A stretch of DNA of 52,500 bases from Planctomycetota bacterium (GTDB lineage Bacteria; Planctomycetota; MHYJ01; JACQXL01). Where the stretch lies: the NCBI GenBank assembly GCA_038059695.1, contig JBBTIZ010000011.1, forward strand, positions 1-52,500, in the 5' to 3' direction. Below, in pieces: positions 28,561 through 37,893 of this stretch. The notes under the pieces are model-generated. The model did not search any database and was not told where the DNA came from. It worked only from the letters and a program-made list of their open reading frames with translations. A program made the translations under genes and the position numbers. The stretch's first letter is position 1. Every line of letters starts with the position of its first letter.

Positions 28561-28776
28561 ATGCTTACAGTAAAAGATATGAAACAAAAGGATAGGGCCG
28601 AGTTAACTGCGGAACTCGAGAATACCAAGAAAGAATATTTCCGCCTGCGCTGCCGGCAGGTTACAGATGTTGTCCAAAATCATACCGAGATAAGAAAATT
28701 AAGGAAAAATATCGCCCGTTTAAATACAATTATAAAACAAAAACAGACAGATGAAAAGAAAGAAAAAGGCGGTTAA
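28561..28776 (+). CDS. rpmC: 50S ribosomal protein L29
   Basis: IRKLRKNIARLNT; position after rplP; start ATG 28561. Confidence 0.9.
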   Translation: MLTVKDMKQKDRAELTAELENTKKEYFRLRCRQVTDVVQNHTEIRKLRKNIARLNTIIKQKQTDEKKEKGG

Positions 28777-29224
28777 ATCCAGCCGAACTGCCGGGCGAGC
28801 AATGTCTGCGCGCAAAACATCAAAGGATATCACGATGGAAGTAAAAACGCCTTTTAACAATGCTAAACTGAAAGAATTCAAAGGCCGGCTCCTGAAGATA
28901 AAAATTATCCTGCGCGAGGGAATGGAGCATCTTGAAGACAATTCCCTGAAGAAATCAGGACGTGAGGCCAGCGGCGACCTTTCCAATCTGCCTATCCATC
29001 TGGCTGATGCCGGCAGCGATACCTTTGAGCAGGATTTTTCACTGGGCCTCCTGGAAGGCGAAGATATTGAAGTCAAAGAGATAGACGAAGCCCTGGAGCG
29101 CATCGAAAATAAGGTCTATGGTATCTGCGAAGAATGCTCCAGTCACATAGCCGAAAACCGGCTAAAAGTTATTCCCTATGCCCGTCTCTGCGTCAAATGC
29201 CAGGAATCTGTGGAGAAGCGCTAA
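28751..29224 (+). CDS. TraR/DksA C4 zinc-finger protein
   Basis: HLADAGSD, YGICEEC..RL..IPYARLCVKC. Confidence 0.9.
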   Translation: MKRKKKAVKSSRTAGRAMSARKTSKDITMEVKTPFNNAKLKEFKGRLLKIKIILREGMEHLEDNSLKKSGREASGDLSNLPIHLADAGSDTFEQDFSLGLLEGEDIEVKEIDEALERIENKVYGICEECSSHIAENRLKVIPYARLCVKCQESVEKR

Positions 29225-29228
29225 ATTC

Positions 29229-29801
29229 ATGAGATGGTTTATCTTTTTCCTCATTGCCATCTTGGGAACCATCGGCGACTTAATCACCAAGCATCTTTTT
29301 GTGCCTGTGTTTGTTGACAGTTCTGGCGAACTATCAATAGTTCCGGGCAACATCCATCCGCACATTTTTCCCAGCGTTATGCAGTTTAACCCCGTTCTTA
29401 ATAAAGGCATTATCTGGGGATTGTTCCAGCAGGGCTCTATCCTGTTCCTGATTATTCCGGCTCTGGCCGTCCCGCTTATTATTTTAATGTTCAAATATAT
29501 TAACCTGTTTAGCGAAGAGAAACACCCGGGTAATCCTGCGTCAGAATCTCCGGTTAGAATGAATCTATTGCTGACCATCGCTTTCGGATTGATTCTGGCC
29601 GGCGCTTTGGGTAATTTATACGACCGGATTGTCTATGGGGCCGTGCGTGACTTCATTGATTTTTACATAATTAACTGGCCTATTTTTAATCTGGCTGATA
29701 CTTATATTACTATCGGAGCGGGCCTGATTATCATCTCCCTGTTTATAAAGCCAAAACCTGATATTCAGGCGGTTAACAGTCCGCCGGAGGAAAAGATATG
29801 A
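29229..29801 (+). CDS. lspA: Lipoprotein signal peptidase
   Basis: GALGNLYDR, VRDFI, FNLAD. Confidence 0.93.
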   Translation: MRWFIFFLIAILGTIGDLITKHLFVPVFVDSSGELSIVPGNIHPHIFPSVMQFNPVLNKGIIWGLFQQGSILFLIIPALAVPLIILMFKYINLFSEEKHPGNPASESPVRMNLLLTIAFGLILAGALGNLYDRIVYGAVRDFIDFYIINWPIFNLADTYITIGAGLIIISLFIKPKPDIQAVNSPPEEKI

Positions 29802-30682
29802 ACCAAAAATTAGGATTAGCATTGGTGGTGGTGGTCGGCTTGTTAGCCGCGATGTCCCTGACCTGGCTGGAATCAGCGGACCCACCCAAGTCATACACCC
29901 TGAAATACCTTATGAAAGAAGGCGATAAGGAAGTAATCATCTATAAATTAGAGGCCAATGCCAATGTAGAAGTGCCATCTATGCCCAAGCACCCCCTCAT
30001 GTCTTTGTATTCCAAATTACAGCAGGAGATAGAGCAGAAAATAGTAAAGATAACCGATGGGCAGATTACCCGCCTGGAACGTAATTACCGCTCTTCCAAA
30101 TATTATATCAGCAAATCATCCCAGACCCCAAAGCAAGAACCGCTGGACAGCAAGAAGATTGTTATTGAATCTGACGGGACCATCACCACTGTGGGCCAGG
30201 GACCGGCCAGCCAGATTACCGAATCAATCAAATCCTTTATATCTATAGACGAGCACCGGTTCGCCCTGATTCTGCCCTCGGAAGAGGTTCAGGCCAAGTC
30301 CGAATGGGAAGCTCCTTCGGAATCAGTGCCGCGCATATTCAATTTCAGCAACCATAAAAGGCGGACTGTGTCGCACGGTTGCACCGAAGTGGGCATCAAC
30401 GCCCGTTTCAGCAGCGGCTCTCTTAAATGTCTGCTCAAAGAAGTAAAATCAGATTCCGCTGTCATTGAACTGAATGGCACACTCAAGGGCGAGGACAACG
30501 GGATGAATATTGAGGCAACGTTCAAGGGCACCGCTGTTTTCGCCATAAAGAAGGGCCGCTTTACCAAGGTGGAATTGGCCGGCGACATTGTCCTTGACGG
30601 AAACCAGCCCTGCACCAAAGGAAACACCCAGGGTCAGGCTACCGGTAAGGGCAAGATAACCATCTCCTACGAATTTAAGTAA
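29798..30682 (+). CDS. Exported hypothetical protein
   Basis: Signal peptide; beta-rich; ATGA overlap with lspA. Confidence 0.7.
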   Translation: MNQKLGLALVVVVGLLAAMSLTWLESADPPKSYTLKYLMKEGDKEVIIYKLEANANVEVPSMPKHPLMSLYSKLQQEIEQKIVKITDGQITRLERNYRSSKYYISKSSQTPKQEPLDSKKIVIESDGTITTVGQGPASQITESIKSFISIDEHRFALILPSEEVQAKSEWEAPSESVPRIFNFSNHKRRTVSHGCTEVGINARFSSGSLKCLLKEVKSDSAVIELNGTLKGEDNGMNIEATFKGTAVFAIKKGRFTKVELAGDIVLDGNQPCTKGNTQGQATGKGKITISYEFK

Positions 30683-32154
30683 TTCATCACTATCCTGATG
30701 GATTGATAGGTTACATCCAACAATAACTTCAATTCCTTAACCGTAATACTCAAGGGCGGCATCAGGACGATGACATCCCCGAGCGGCCTTAACATAACGC
30801 CCTGCTTGCGCGCCTCAAGTATCACCTGATGCCCCATCCGCGCCTCGCCAGGAAACGGCTCTTTAGTTCCACGCTCTTTGACTAATTCTATACCCGCCAT
30901 AAACCCGCATTGGCGGATATCGCCCACATTTTCCAATTCGTAGAATCGCTCTAATTCTTTAGAGAGCATCTTTATCTTGGGCTGGAGTTTCTGAAGCGTC
31001 TTTTCCTTGCGGAATATCCTGAGGTTCGCCAGGGCCGCAGAACAAGCCAGCGGATTGCCTGTATAGGTATGCCCGTGAAAGAATGTCTTATTGTCCTTAA
31101 ATTCGCCTAAGAATGCCCTGAATATCTTTTCAGTAGTTAGTGTGGCGGCTAATGGCAAGTACCCGCCGGTAATGCCTTTGGCTACGGTCATAATATCCGG
31201 CGTAACATTCTCGTGCTCACAGGCAAACATCTTACCGGTTCTGCCGAATCCGGTGGCCACCTCGTCGGCTATCATCAAAACATCATATTTAGTGCAGAGT
31301 TGCCTGATGCGCCTGATGAAGCCCTTGGGCTGGGTAAGCATCCCGGCTGCGCCCTGGACCAGCGGCTCAATCACCACGCCGCACAATTCTTTATGGTGCT
31401 TTTTAATAAGTGTTTCGGTTGCTGTGAGGCATTGTAAATAACAATTAGTTTTATTATTTTCTGTGGACGCGGCTCTAATCCCCCTGATTCCCCCTTTGCA
31501 AAAGGGGGACAAAGGGGAATTTAACGGTGGCGTCTTCCCGCAGGGACAGCGATAGCAATAAGGCGCCGGCGCCTGAATGGTCTTGAATAACAACGGCTTA
31601 TAGGTCTTGTGAAACAAACCCATCCCGCCTAAACTCACCGAGCCGATGGTATCGCCGTGATAGCCGTTAACAAAGGTCAGGAACTTACTTTTTACTTTTG
31701 ACTTTCTACTTCTTACTTGTCTCTGGTACTGGAATGCCATCTTGAGCGCAATCTCCACGGCCGTTGAGCCGCCGTCTGAATAAAATACCCGCTGTAAGCC
31801 ACGAGGCGTCCCGATGCCCCGAAGGGATACGGGGCGCTCCGCTCGTGAGCATCGGAGCGCAATCCGGATGAGTTCCTCAGCCAATTCTATAGCCGGGACA
31901 TTGGACAGCCCTAACATCGTAGAATGCGCCACCCTGGAGAGTTGATTCTTGATTGCTTGGTTAATCTCCTTGACCTGATGCCCGTGGACATTGCACCAAA
32001 GCGAGGAAATGCCGTCTAAGTATTTCCGGCCCTTGGTGTCATAGAGATAATTTCCTTTAGCCCGCGCAATAATCACGATATCGTCGGCCAGCCAATCCTT
32101 CATCTGGGTGAAGGGATGCCAGAGGTATCTCTTGTCTTTACTCTCTAAACTCAT
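30667..32154 (-). CDS. bioA: Adenosylmethionine-8-amino-7-oxononanoate aminotransferase
   Basis: WHPFTQM, ADEVATGFGRTG, AKGITGGYLP, HGHTYTGNP. Confidence 0.95.
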   Translation of the reverse strand: MSLESKDKRYLWHPFTQMKDWLADDIVIIARAKGNYLYDTKGRKYLDGISSLWCNVHGHQVKEINQAIKNQLSRVAHSTMLGLSNVPAIELAEELIRIALRCSRAERPVSLRGIGTPRGLQRVFYSDGGSTAVEIALKMAFQYQRQVRSRKSKVKSKFLTFVNGYHGDTIGSVSLGGMGLFHKTYKPLLFKTIQAPAPYCYRCPCGKTPPLNSPLSPFCKGGIRGIRAASTENNKTNCYLQCLTATETLIKKHHKELCGVVIEPLVQGAAGMLTQPKGFIRRIRQLCTKYDVLMIADEVATGFGRTGKMFACEHENVTPDIMTVAKGITGGYLPLAATLTTEKIFRAFLGEFKDNKTFFHGHTYTGNPLACSAALANLRIFRKEKTLQKLQPKIKMLSKELERFYELENVGDIRQCGFMAGIELVKERGTKEPFPGEARMGHQVILEARKQGVMLRPLGDVIVLMPPLSITVKELKLLLDVTYQSIRIVMNYLNS

Positions 32155-32202
32155 AGGTAAATAATATTACAATCTACACATTACAATACAAGCCACCTTC
32201 TG

Positions 32203-32272
32203 TGTCATTCCCGTCCCGCATCGGAATGCGGGATAAACTCCGGCTGGAATTCCTGCTTACGCAGGAATGACA
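32203..32272. repeat. Nested REP element TGTCATTCC..GGAATGACA
   Basis: Terminal inverted repeat with internal hairpins. Confidence 0.7.
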
Positions 32273-32358
32273 GTGCGTGCGTAATTCGTATATAATAATA
32301 ACCTCTATAATTGATTTCAAGTAATTAAATACTCACCACAAAATTCACAAAGAGGAAA

Positions 32359-32438
32359 CAACCCCCTTTATCCCCCTTTAGTAAGAGGGAATTAGAATTC
32401 CCCACCACTCCCCCTTAGAAAAGGGGGCCGGGGGGTTG
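32359..32438. repeat. CCCCCTT/AAGGGGG REP doublet
   Basis: Related copies at 37772-37857 and inside bioA at 31477-31522. Confidence 0.7.
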
Positions 32439-32538
32439 TCCCTACGGGAGGCCATTAGGCTCTACCTTCGTATCCTTTGTGCGCTTTGTGGTGAAAAAAT
32501 ATCTTGTGCTTTTCGTATCTTTGTGGTAGAAATATTAT

Positions 32539-33168
32539 ATGAAACAACTCACCATTGTCATCGGCACCAAGAATCGCCACAAGGTCAGGGAAATTATGGC
32601 CATTTACCGCCTGTCCGGCAGAAAGCCGGCTATCCGCTTTATCCCGCTGCGCCGGTTTGATAATATACCTGATGTAAAAGAGACCGGCCAGACCTATCTG
32701 GCCAACGCCGCCAAAAAAGCGATTACCTGGGCTAAATACACCGGACAACCTGTCCTGGCCGAGGATTCAGGCATAGAGATTAAGGCGCTAAACTGGCAAC
32801 CGGGCCTCCGTTCCGCCCGCTTTGCGTCAGACAGCCGGCATAGAAACGCCACAGACAAGGAAAATATCCGCAAATTACTGGCCCTGCTCTCCGGACTGCC
32901 GATGTCCAAAAGAACCGCCCGATACAGGTGCTCAGCCGTGATTGCCTTGCCAAAGGGTAAGATTATTGCCCTGGCGCAGGGCATCTGCTGGGGCCGGATA
33001 GCCCTAAAGCCCAAAGGCAGGAACGGCTTCGGCTACGACCCCATATTTATTCCCGCTCACTCGGCTGCCCGCGGGAGATTGACCTTCGGCCAACCCCCGG
33101 CCCGCTTGAAGCATTGCATCAGCCACCGGGGCATTGCCCTGAGAAAGATATTCAGGAAAATATCCTAA
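32539..33168 (+). CDS. rdgB: Non-canonical purine NTP pyrophosphatase (Ham1 family)
   Basis: AEDSG, PGLRSAR, GFGYDPIF, ISHRG. Confidence 0.9.
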   Translation: MKQLTIVIGTKNRHKVREIMAIYRLSGRKPAIRFIPLRRFDNIPDVKETGQTYLANAAKKAITWAKYTGQPVLAEDSGIEIKALNWQPGLRSARFASDSRHRNATDKENIRKLLALLSGLPMSKRTARYRCSAVIALPKGKIIALAQGICWGRIALKPKGRNGFGYDPIFIPAHSAARGRLTFGQPPARLKHCISHRGIALRKIFRKIS

Positions 33169-33207
33169 TTTCTTGACATACCATAACAACCCTGCTATAT
33201 AGTATTT

Positions 33208-34689
33208 ATGGATAGCAAGTTTTTCACTGACAGATTCGGTTCACTCACTGCAAGTGGATTTACCTTTAACGACGTTCTGCTGGTGCCCCAGAAATCCGAG
33301 GTCATTCCCGCTGAAATCAATACCCAGACCTTCTTCTCGCGCCATATTCCGCTCAATACCCCGATTGTTTCTTCGCCTATGGATACGGTCACCGAGGCGC
33401 ATCTGGCTATCGCCTTGGCCCAGGAAGGCGGCATCGGCATCATCCATCGCAACCTATCCGTTGAAGAACAGGTCCGGGAGGTCACCAAGGTAAAACGTTC
33501 GGCCAGCGGCGTTATCGCCGACCCGGTCTGCCTGACGCCGGACGAGACCATCAAGACCGCCAAGCAGATTATGGCCGACCACCACATCTCCGGCATCCCC
33601 ATCGTTGTGGGAAACAAGAAACTGGTCGGCATTCTGACCATCCGCGACCTGCGCTTCCAGAAATCAGATGACAAGAAAATATCCGAGGTCATGACCAAGG
33701 AACATCTGATTACCGCTGCGCCTCATACCACCCTGGAACAAGCCAAGCAGATTCTCCACAAGAACAAGGTGGAAAAACTCCTGCTGGTGGACAAGGACTA
33801 TCTGCTCCAGGGCCTGATTACGATTAAGGACATCAACAAGACCCTGCAATTCCCCAATGCCTGCCGTGACAAACAGGGCCGGCTGGTGGTCGGCGCGGCC
33901 GTCGGCGTCAACGATATGGCTCGGGTGGAAAAACTCATCGCGGCCAATGTGGATGTCCTGGTGGTTGACACGGCCCACGGCCATTCGGCTAACGTGATTA
34001 ATACCGTCAAGAACATCAAGAAGCATTTTAAGATAGACGTGGTGGCCGGCAACGTGGCCACGGCTGAAGGAACCATTGACCTGATAAAAGCCGGCGCTGA
34101 CGGCGTCAAGGTTGGCATCGGACCCGGCTCCATCTGTACTACCCGCATTATTGCCGGTGTGGGCGTGCCCCAAGGCACTGCGGTTTATGAATGCGCCAAG
34201 GCCGCATCTAAATACAAGGTGCCGGTAATCGCGGACGGCGGCATCAGTCATTCCGGCGACATCACCAAGGCCCTGGCCCTGGGCGCCTCGTCCGTAATGA
34301 TTGGCGGACTCTTCGCCGCAGTCAACGAAAGCCCGGGCGAGGTATTCATCTTCAAAGGCAGACCGTATAAGTCCTATCGGGGTATGGGCTCTGAAGGCGC
34401 CATGATTAAAGGCAGCAAGGAACGTTACGGCCAGTCCGACGTCACCGAAAAATCCAAACTGGTTCCCGAAGGCATTGAAGGCCAGACCCCGTCCCGCGGC
34501 TCTTTGAGTGACCTGGTCTATCAATTAGTCGGCGGCTTGAAATCAGGCATGGGCTACTGCGGCGCCAAGGATGTGGCCGCCCTTCGCGCCAAAGCCAGAT
34601 TCATCAGGATTTCACCGGCCTCGCTCAAGGAAAGCCACCCACACGACATCGTCATCACCAAGGAAGCCCCGAATTATTGGGTAGAATAA
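33208..34689 (+). CDS. guaB: IMP dehydrogenase
   Basis: [14 protein letters not shown] pair, YRGMGS. Confidence 0.97.
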   Translation: MDSKFFTDRFGSLTASGFTFNDVLLVPQKSEVIPAEINTQTFFSRHIPLNTPIVSSPMDTVTEAHLAIALAQEGGIGIIHRNLSVEEQVREVTKVKRSASGVIADPVCLTPDETIKTAKQIMADHHISGIPIVVGNKKLVGILTIRDLRFQKSDDKKISEVMTKEHLITAAPHTTLEQAKQILHKNKVEKLLLVDKDYLLQGLITIKDINKTLQFPNACRDKQGRLVVGAAVGVNDMARVEKLIAANVDVLVVDTAHGHSANVINTVKNIKKHFKIDVVAGNVATAEGTIDLIKAGADGVKVGIGPGSICTTRIIAGVGVPQGTAVYECAKAASKYKVPVIADGGISHSGDITKALALGASSVMIGGLFAAVNESPGEVFIFKGRPYKSYRGMGSEGAMIKGSKERYGQSDVTEKSKLVPEGIEGQTPSRGSLSDLVYQLVGGLKSGMGYCGAKDVAALRAKARFIRISPASLKESHPHDIVITKEAPNYWVE

Positions 34690-34694
34690 ACGGT

Positions 34695-35588
34695 TTAATC
34701 CGGTATGCTTTCTTTGGCCTTAAACCACCAATCCTCCCATTCCTTTTGGCAGTCCTGACGCGCGTCCTTGCCTATCATTTGACTGACCTTTTGGGTATCA
34801 TCTCTGTTTCGCTTGGTCATCTTCAGGAGTATTTCATAAGCAAACATTGCCGCCCAGTCATCAGCGCCGCCAATCGCTTCAATCAAAACGGGTATGGCCT
34901 TTTTGCCCTTGGCCATAATCTTTTCCCTGCTCGGCCCGATATCCTTCTGGTTGCGCATATCCTTGAGAATCGGCTCTATTTCCGTCTTGACTGCCTCGTC
35001 AATATCATCCTTGAGTTTGGGCTTGGATGATTTCTTGGCCTCCGGGGCTGTCTTTCTTATCTCTAGGGCCGGTTTTTCCTCAGCCGGTTTTTCCTCGGCG
35101 GTCTTCTTGTCCGCCTCGGACTTCTTATCCGCTTCCTTGGACGCCTCGGCTTTCTCTTTCTCCCTGGCGTCCTTGAGCGCAGCATCTTCCTTCTCGCCGC
35201 CTGAAGCCAAAACAATTATCACCACTATCAATACAACAGCGCCGACAGCAATACCGATAAAGAGCGGCGTCTGGCTCTTCTTCTTTATCTCCAGGCCGTT
35301 CATGCCTTCTTCATCAGAATCACCGATTGGTTTTCTGCCCGGCAAGCCCTTCCTTAATCCTGAGGTCTTTATCCCCATCCCTTTAGCCAGCGGCATCAAT
35401 CTGGTCGGCGGCTTGGCACCCCTAACCATAGGTCTGGGCGCGGCCGGAACCGGCAGAGCATTGCCTCCCGTAGGCACAACATTAATATTGCCGCACTTCT
35501 GGCACTTGAACTTAGCCCCGGGCTGTAAGGTGGCCACGTTATATTGGGTGGCGCAGGCCGAACAGGCAACAATAACTTTTTCTGGCAT
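34695..35588 (-). CDS. Zinc-ribbon / TM / HEAT-like membrane protein
   Basis: CSAC..CQKC N-terminus, single TM, WEDWW end; start ATG 35588. Confidence 0.75.
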   Translation of the reverse strand: MPEKVIVACSACATQYNVATLQPGAKFKCQKCGNINVVPTGGNALPVPAAPRPMVRGAKPPTRLMPLAKGMGIKTSGLRKGLPGRKPIGDSDEEGMNGLEIKKKSQTPLFIGIAVGAVVLIVVIIVLASGGEKEDAALKDAREKEKAEASKEADKKSEADKKTAEEKPAEEKPALEIRKTAPEAKKSSKPKLKDDIDEAVKTEIEPILKDMRNQKDIGPSREKIMAKGKKAIPVLIEAIGGADDWAAMFAYEILLKMTKRNRDDTQKVSQMIGKDARQDCQKEWEDWWFKAKESIPD

Positions 35589-35601
35589 ATATTTATTTCC
35601 T

Positions 35602-35685
35602 TTAGAACCGGTTAGGGCTTTTGGTCCCGATAATGTCGGGAACAAAAGACCTTTACCGGTTCTTATCCCGATTATTTATCGGGGC
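35602..35685 (-). repeat. TAA-punctuated double-hairpin element, copy G
   Basis: Minus strand: GCCCCGAT..ATCGGGA TAA GAACCGG TAA ..inner stem.. TAA CCGGTTC TAA AGGA. Confidence 0.85.
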
Positions 35686-36114
35686 CGGATAAGCCAGCGG
35701 GCTTATCACGCTATCGTCTTTGTTATTTCTTTCACCGGTCTTGATAATAAAAATCGGGCAGAAGGGACAGATTTCCGGGCTGCAGCGCGCATGATTCTTC
35801 ACCACCTGCCAGCATTGCTTCTTAATATTGCCGTAGGCCGGGCATTTGGGCCGGCGGCACCGTTTTATCTCCCAGCATCCGGACCTAAAATAGAATTCCT
35901 TGAGCCCGCTGATGGTCATCCTTCTTTCGGTCAGGTAATACCTGATATCCCTGACAAAGCCCACTTCACAGCCCGTGTACATCCGGCGGTTATTGATTTT
36001 CTTGGGCCGGATTAATCCCTGTTTTTCGTATTCCCGGAGCATGCGAATAGGCGTGTCGGTTAACTGGGAAGCCACCGCAATAGTGAAAGCCGGTATGTTA
36101 TCAGCCACTTTCAT
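35653..36114 (-). CDS. MerR/HspR-like regulator with a Cys-rich two-CW-type C-terminal domain
   Basis: LREYEKQGLIRP..RMY; CWEIKRC..CPAY..CWQ..C..CPFCP. Confidence 0.8.
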   Translation of the reverse strand: MKVADNIPAFTIAVASQLTDTPIRMLREYEKQGLIRPKKINNRRMYTGCEVGFVRDIRYYLTERRMTISGLKEFYFRSGCWEIKRCRRPKCPAYGNIKKQCWQVVKNHARCSPEICPFCPIFIIKTGERNNKDDSVISPLAYPAPINNRDKNR

Positions 36115-36171
36115 ACTACCTATACAGCCATATTTTTGTAATAATGTCAAGAAAACTTCGTAACTTCTGCC

Positions 36172-36248
36172 ACACATTCGCTACGCTCAGTGTAAACTCC
36201 AGTACAAAGAATTCGCAGTTTACCCTGAGGCATAAGCCGAAGGGTGAC
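36172..36248. repeat. REP doublet (TTCGCTACGCTCAG / CTGAG..CGAAGGG type)
   Basis: Imperfect inverted pair in a divergent intergenic region. Confidence 0.55.
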
Positions 36249-36336
36249 TTAGTGTCTTAGTGGCTAATTTTTCTTGACCCCGTTGAGAAATAAGGTATAC
36301 ACGCCTTTTATGGACAAATGTAGTATTGATACGGCA

Positions 36337-37749
36337 ATGTCGTCCACCATCAGGATTGACAAACTGGCTATGCTCCTGCAGGTCAGCAGCGCCCTGATGC
36401 GGGAAAAGGATGTGGACCGCCTCCTCAAGTTAATCATAGAAAATTCCACGGTCATCCTGGGCGCCGAACGCAGTTCCATCTTCCTGATGGATTACGATAC
36501 CAACGAACTCTTCACCCGGGTGGCCCAGTTAAAAGAGGTCTCGGAAATCAGGTTCCCGGCCGACAAAGGCGTCGCCGGATTCGCGGTAAAGAACTCCTCC
36601 CTGGTCAATATCCCGGACGCCTACCAAGACAGCCGTTTTAATCCGGCGGTGGACAAGCAGACCGGATTCAAGACCCGCAACATCCTCTGCGCCCCGATGC
36701 TCAACCACAAGAACGAGACCGTCGGGGTCCTCCAGGTCCTGAATAAAAGAAAAGGTATTTTCCTGATGGAAGACGAGGCGCTGATAATGGCCCTGGCCGC
36801 CCAGGCCGCCGTGGCTGTGGAAAACGCCCAGTTATACCAGGAACAGGAACTCACCCTCAAAAGTTTCCTCAAGACCATGGGCTCGGCCATTGATGCCCGC
36901 GACCCGACCACGGCCGGCCATTCGGAACGGGTGGCCCGCTTTGCCATTAATATGGGCGAGGCCCTCGGCTTCGACGAGACCGAATTAAAGATGCTGGATT
37001 ATTCAGCGGCCCTGCACGACGTGGGCAAAATCGGCGTGCCGGACCGGGTCCTGCTCAAACCCGATAAACTCACGCCCGAGGAATTTGATGAGATGAAGCG
37101 CCACGCCAGCCGGACCAAGGAAATACTGGACAATATGTTCTTTGCCCGGGAACTCCGCGAGATTCCCCATATCGCTTCAACCCACCACGAAAAATTAGAC
37201 GGCTCCGGTTATCCCTCGGGCCTGAAATCGGAACAGATGACCGTCTCGGCCAAGATTCTGGCCATTGCCGATGTCTATGACGCCCTGGTGGCCCAGGACC
37301 GGCCATATAAAAAAGCCATGACCCACGAACAGGCCATCGCCATACTGGAGCAGGGGCGCGATACCAAGTTCGACGGCAAACTCCTGGACCTATTCAAGGA
37401 AAAGAAACTCTACCTGATTGAACGGCGCCGGCTCCCCAGATTCGCCCTGAAACTTCCCTTTGAATACAAGCAGATAAAAATCCCCGGCCACGACAAACTC
37501 ATTGCCGAGACCGTTAACGTCAGCGCCATCGGCCTGTTACTGGACAGTAAAAGATTATTGCCGCTCGGCACCGAACTGGAGATGTTTATGCGACTGGATA
37601 GCAAGGATTACCATTTCGTAGGCAAGGTGGTCCGGTCTGAAAAGAAATTCGCTCTGCAGACATATTATTTAGGAGTGGCATTCTTAGGTATCACCGAACC
37701 CGAACAAAAGGATTTATCAACTGTCTTAGCGCAGTATAAGAGGATATAA
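36337..37749 (+). CDS. GAF - HD-GYP phosphodiesterase - PilZ protein
   Basis: LHDVGKIG, HHEKLDGSGYP, ERRRLPR and NVSAIG PilZ motifs; start uncertain. Confidence 0.9.
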   Translation: MSSTIRIDKLAMLLQVSSALMREKDVDRLLKLIIENSTVILGAERSSIFLMDYDTNELFTRVAQLKEVSEIRFPADKGVAGFAVKNSSLVNIPDAYQDSRFNPAVDKQTGFKTRNILCAPMLNHKNETVGVLQVLNKRKGIFLMEDEALIMALAAQAAVAVENAQLYQEQELTLKSFLKTMGSAIDARDPTTAGHSERVARFAINMGEALGFDETELKMLDYSAALHDVGKIGVPDRVLLKPDKLTPEEFDEMKRHASRTKEILDNMFFARELREIPHIASTHHEKLDGSGYPSGLKSEQMTVSAKILAIADVYDALVAQDRPYKKAMTHEQAIAILEQGRDTKFDGKLLDLFKEKKLYLIERRRLPRFALKLPFEYKQIKIPGHDKLIAETVNVSAIGLLLDSKRLLPLGTELEMFMRLDSKDYHFVGKVVRSEKKFALQTYYLGVAFLGITEPEQKDLSTVLAQYKRI

Positions 37750-37893
37750 TTCAGCCACCAAGGCACTAATACAACCCCCTCGCCCCCTTTAATAAGGGGG
37801 AATTAGTGGCCCCCGAATTAGTCCCCCTTAACAAAGGGGGAATAAAAGGGGGTTGTTTCCTAAGTGGCAATGAATTCTCTTGATAGGTAATGT

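Noticed and set aside
33664-36015. Long ORFs 33664-34524 (-) and 34894-36015 (+)
   Set aside because: Antisense to guaB and to the zinc-ribbon/MerR genes
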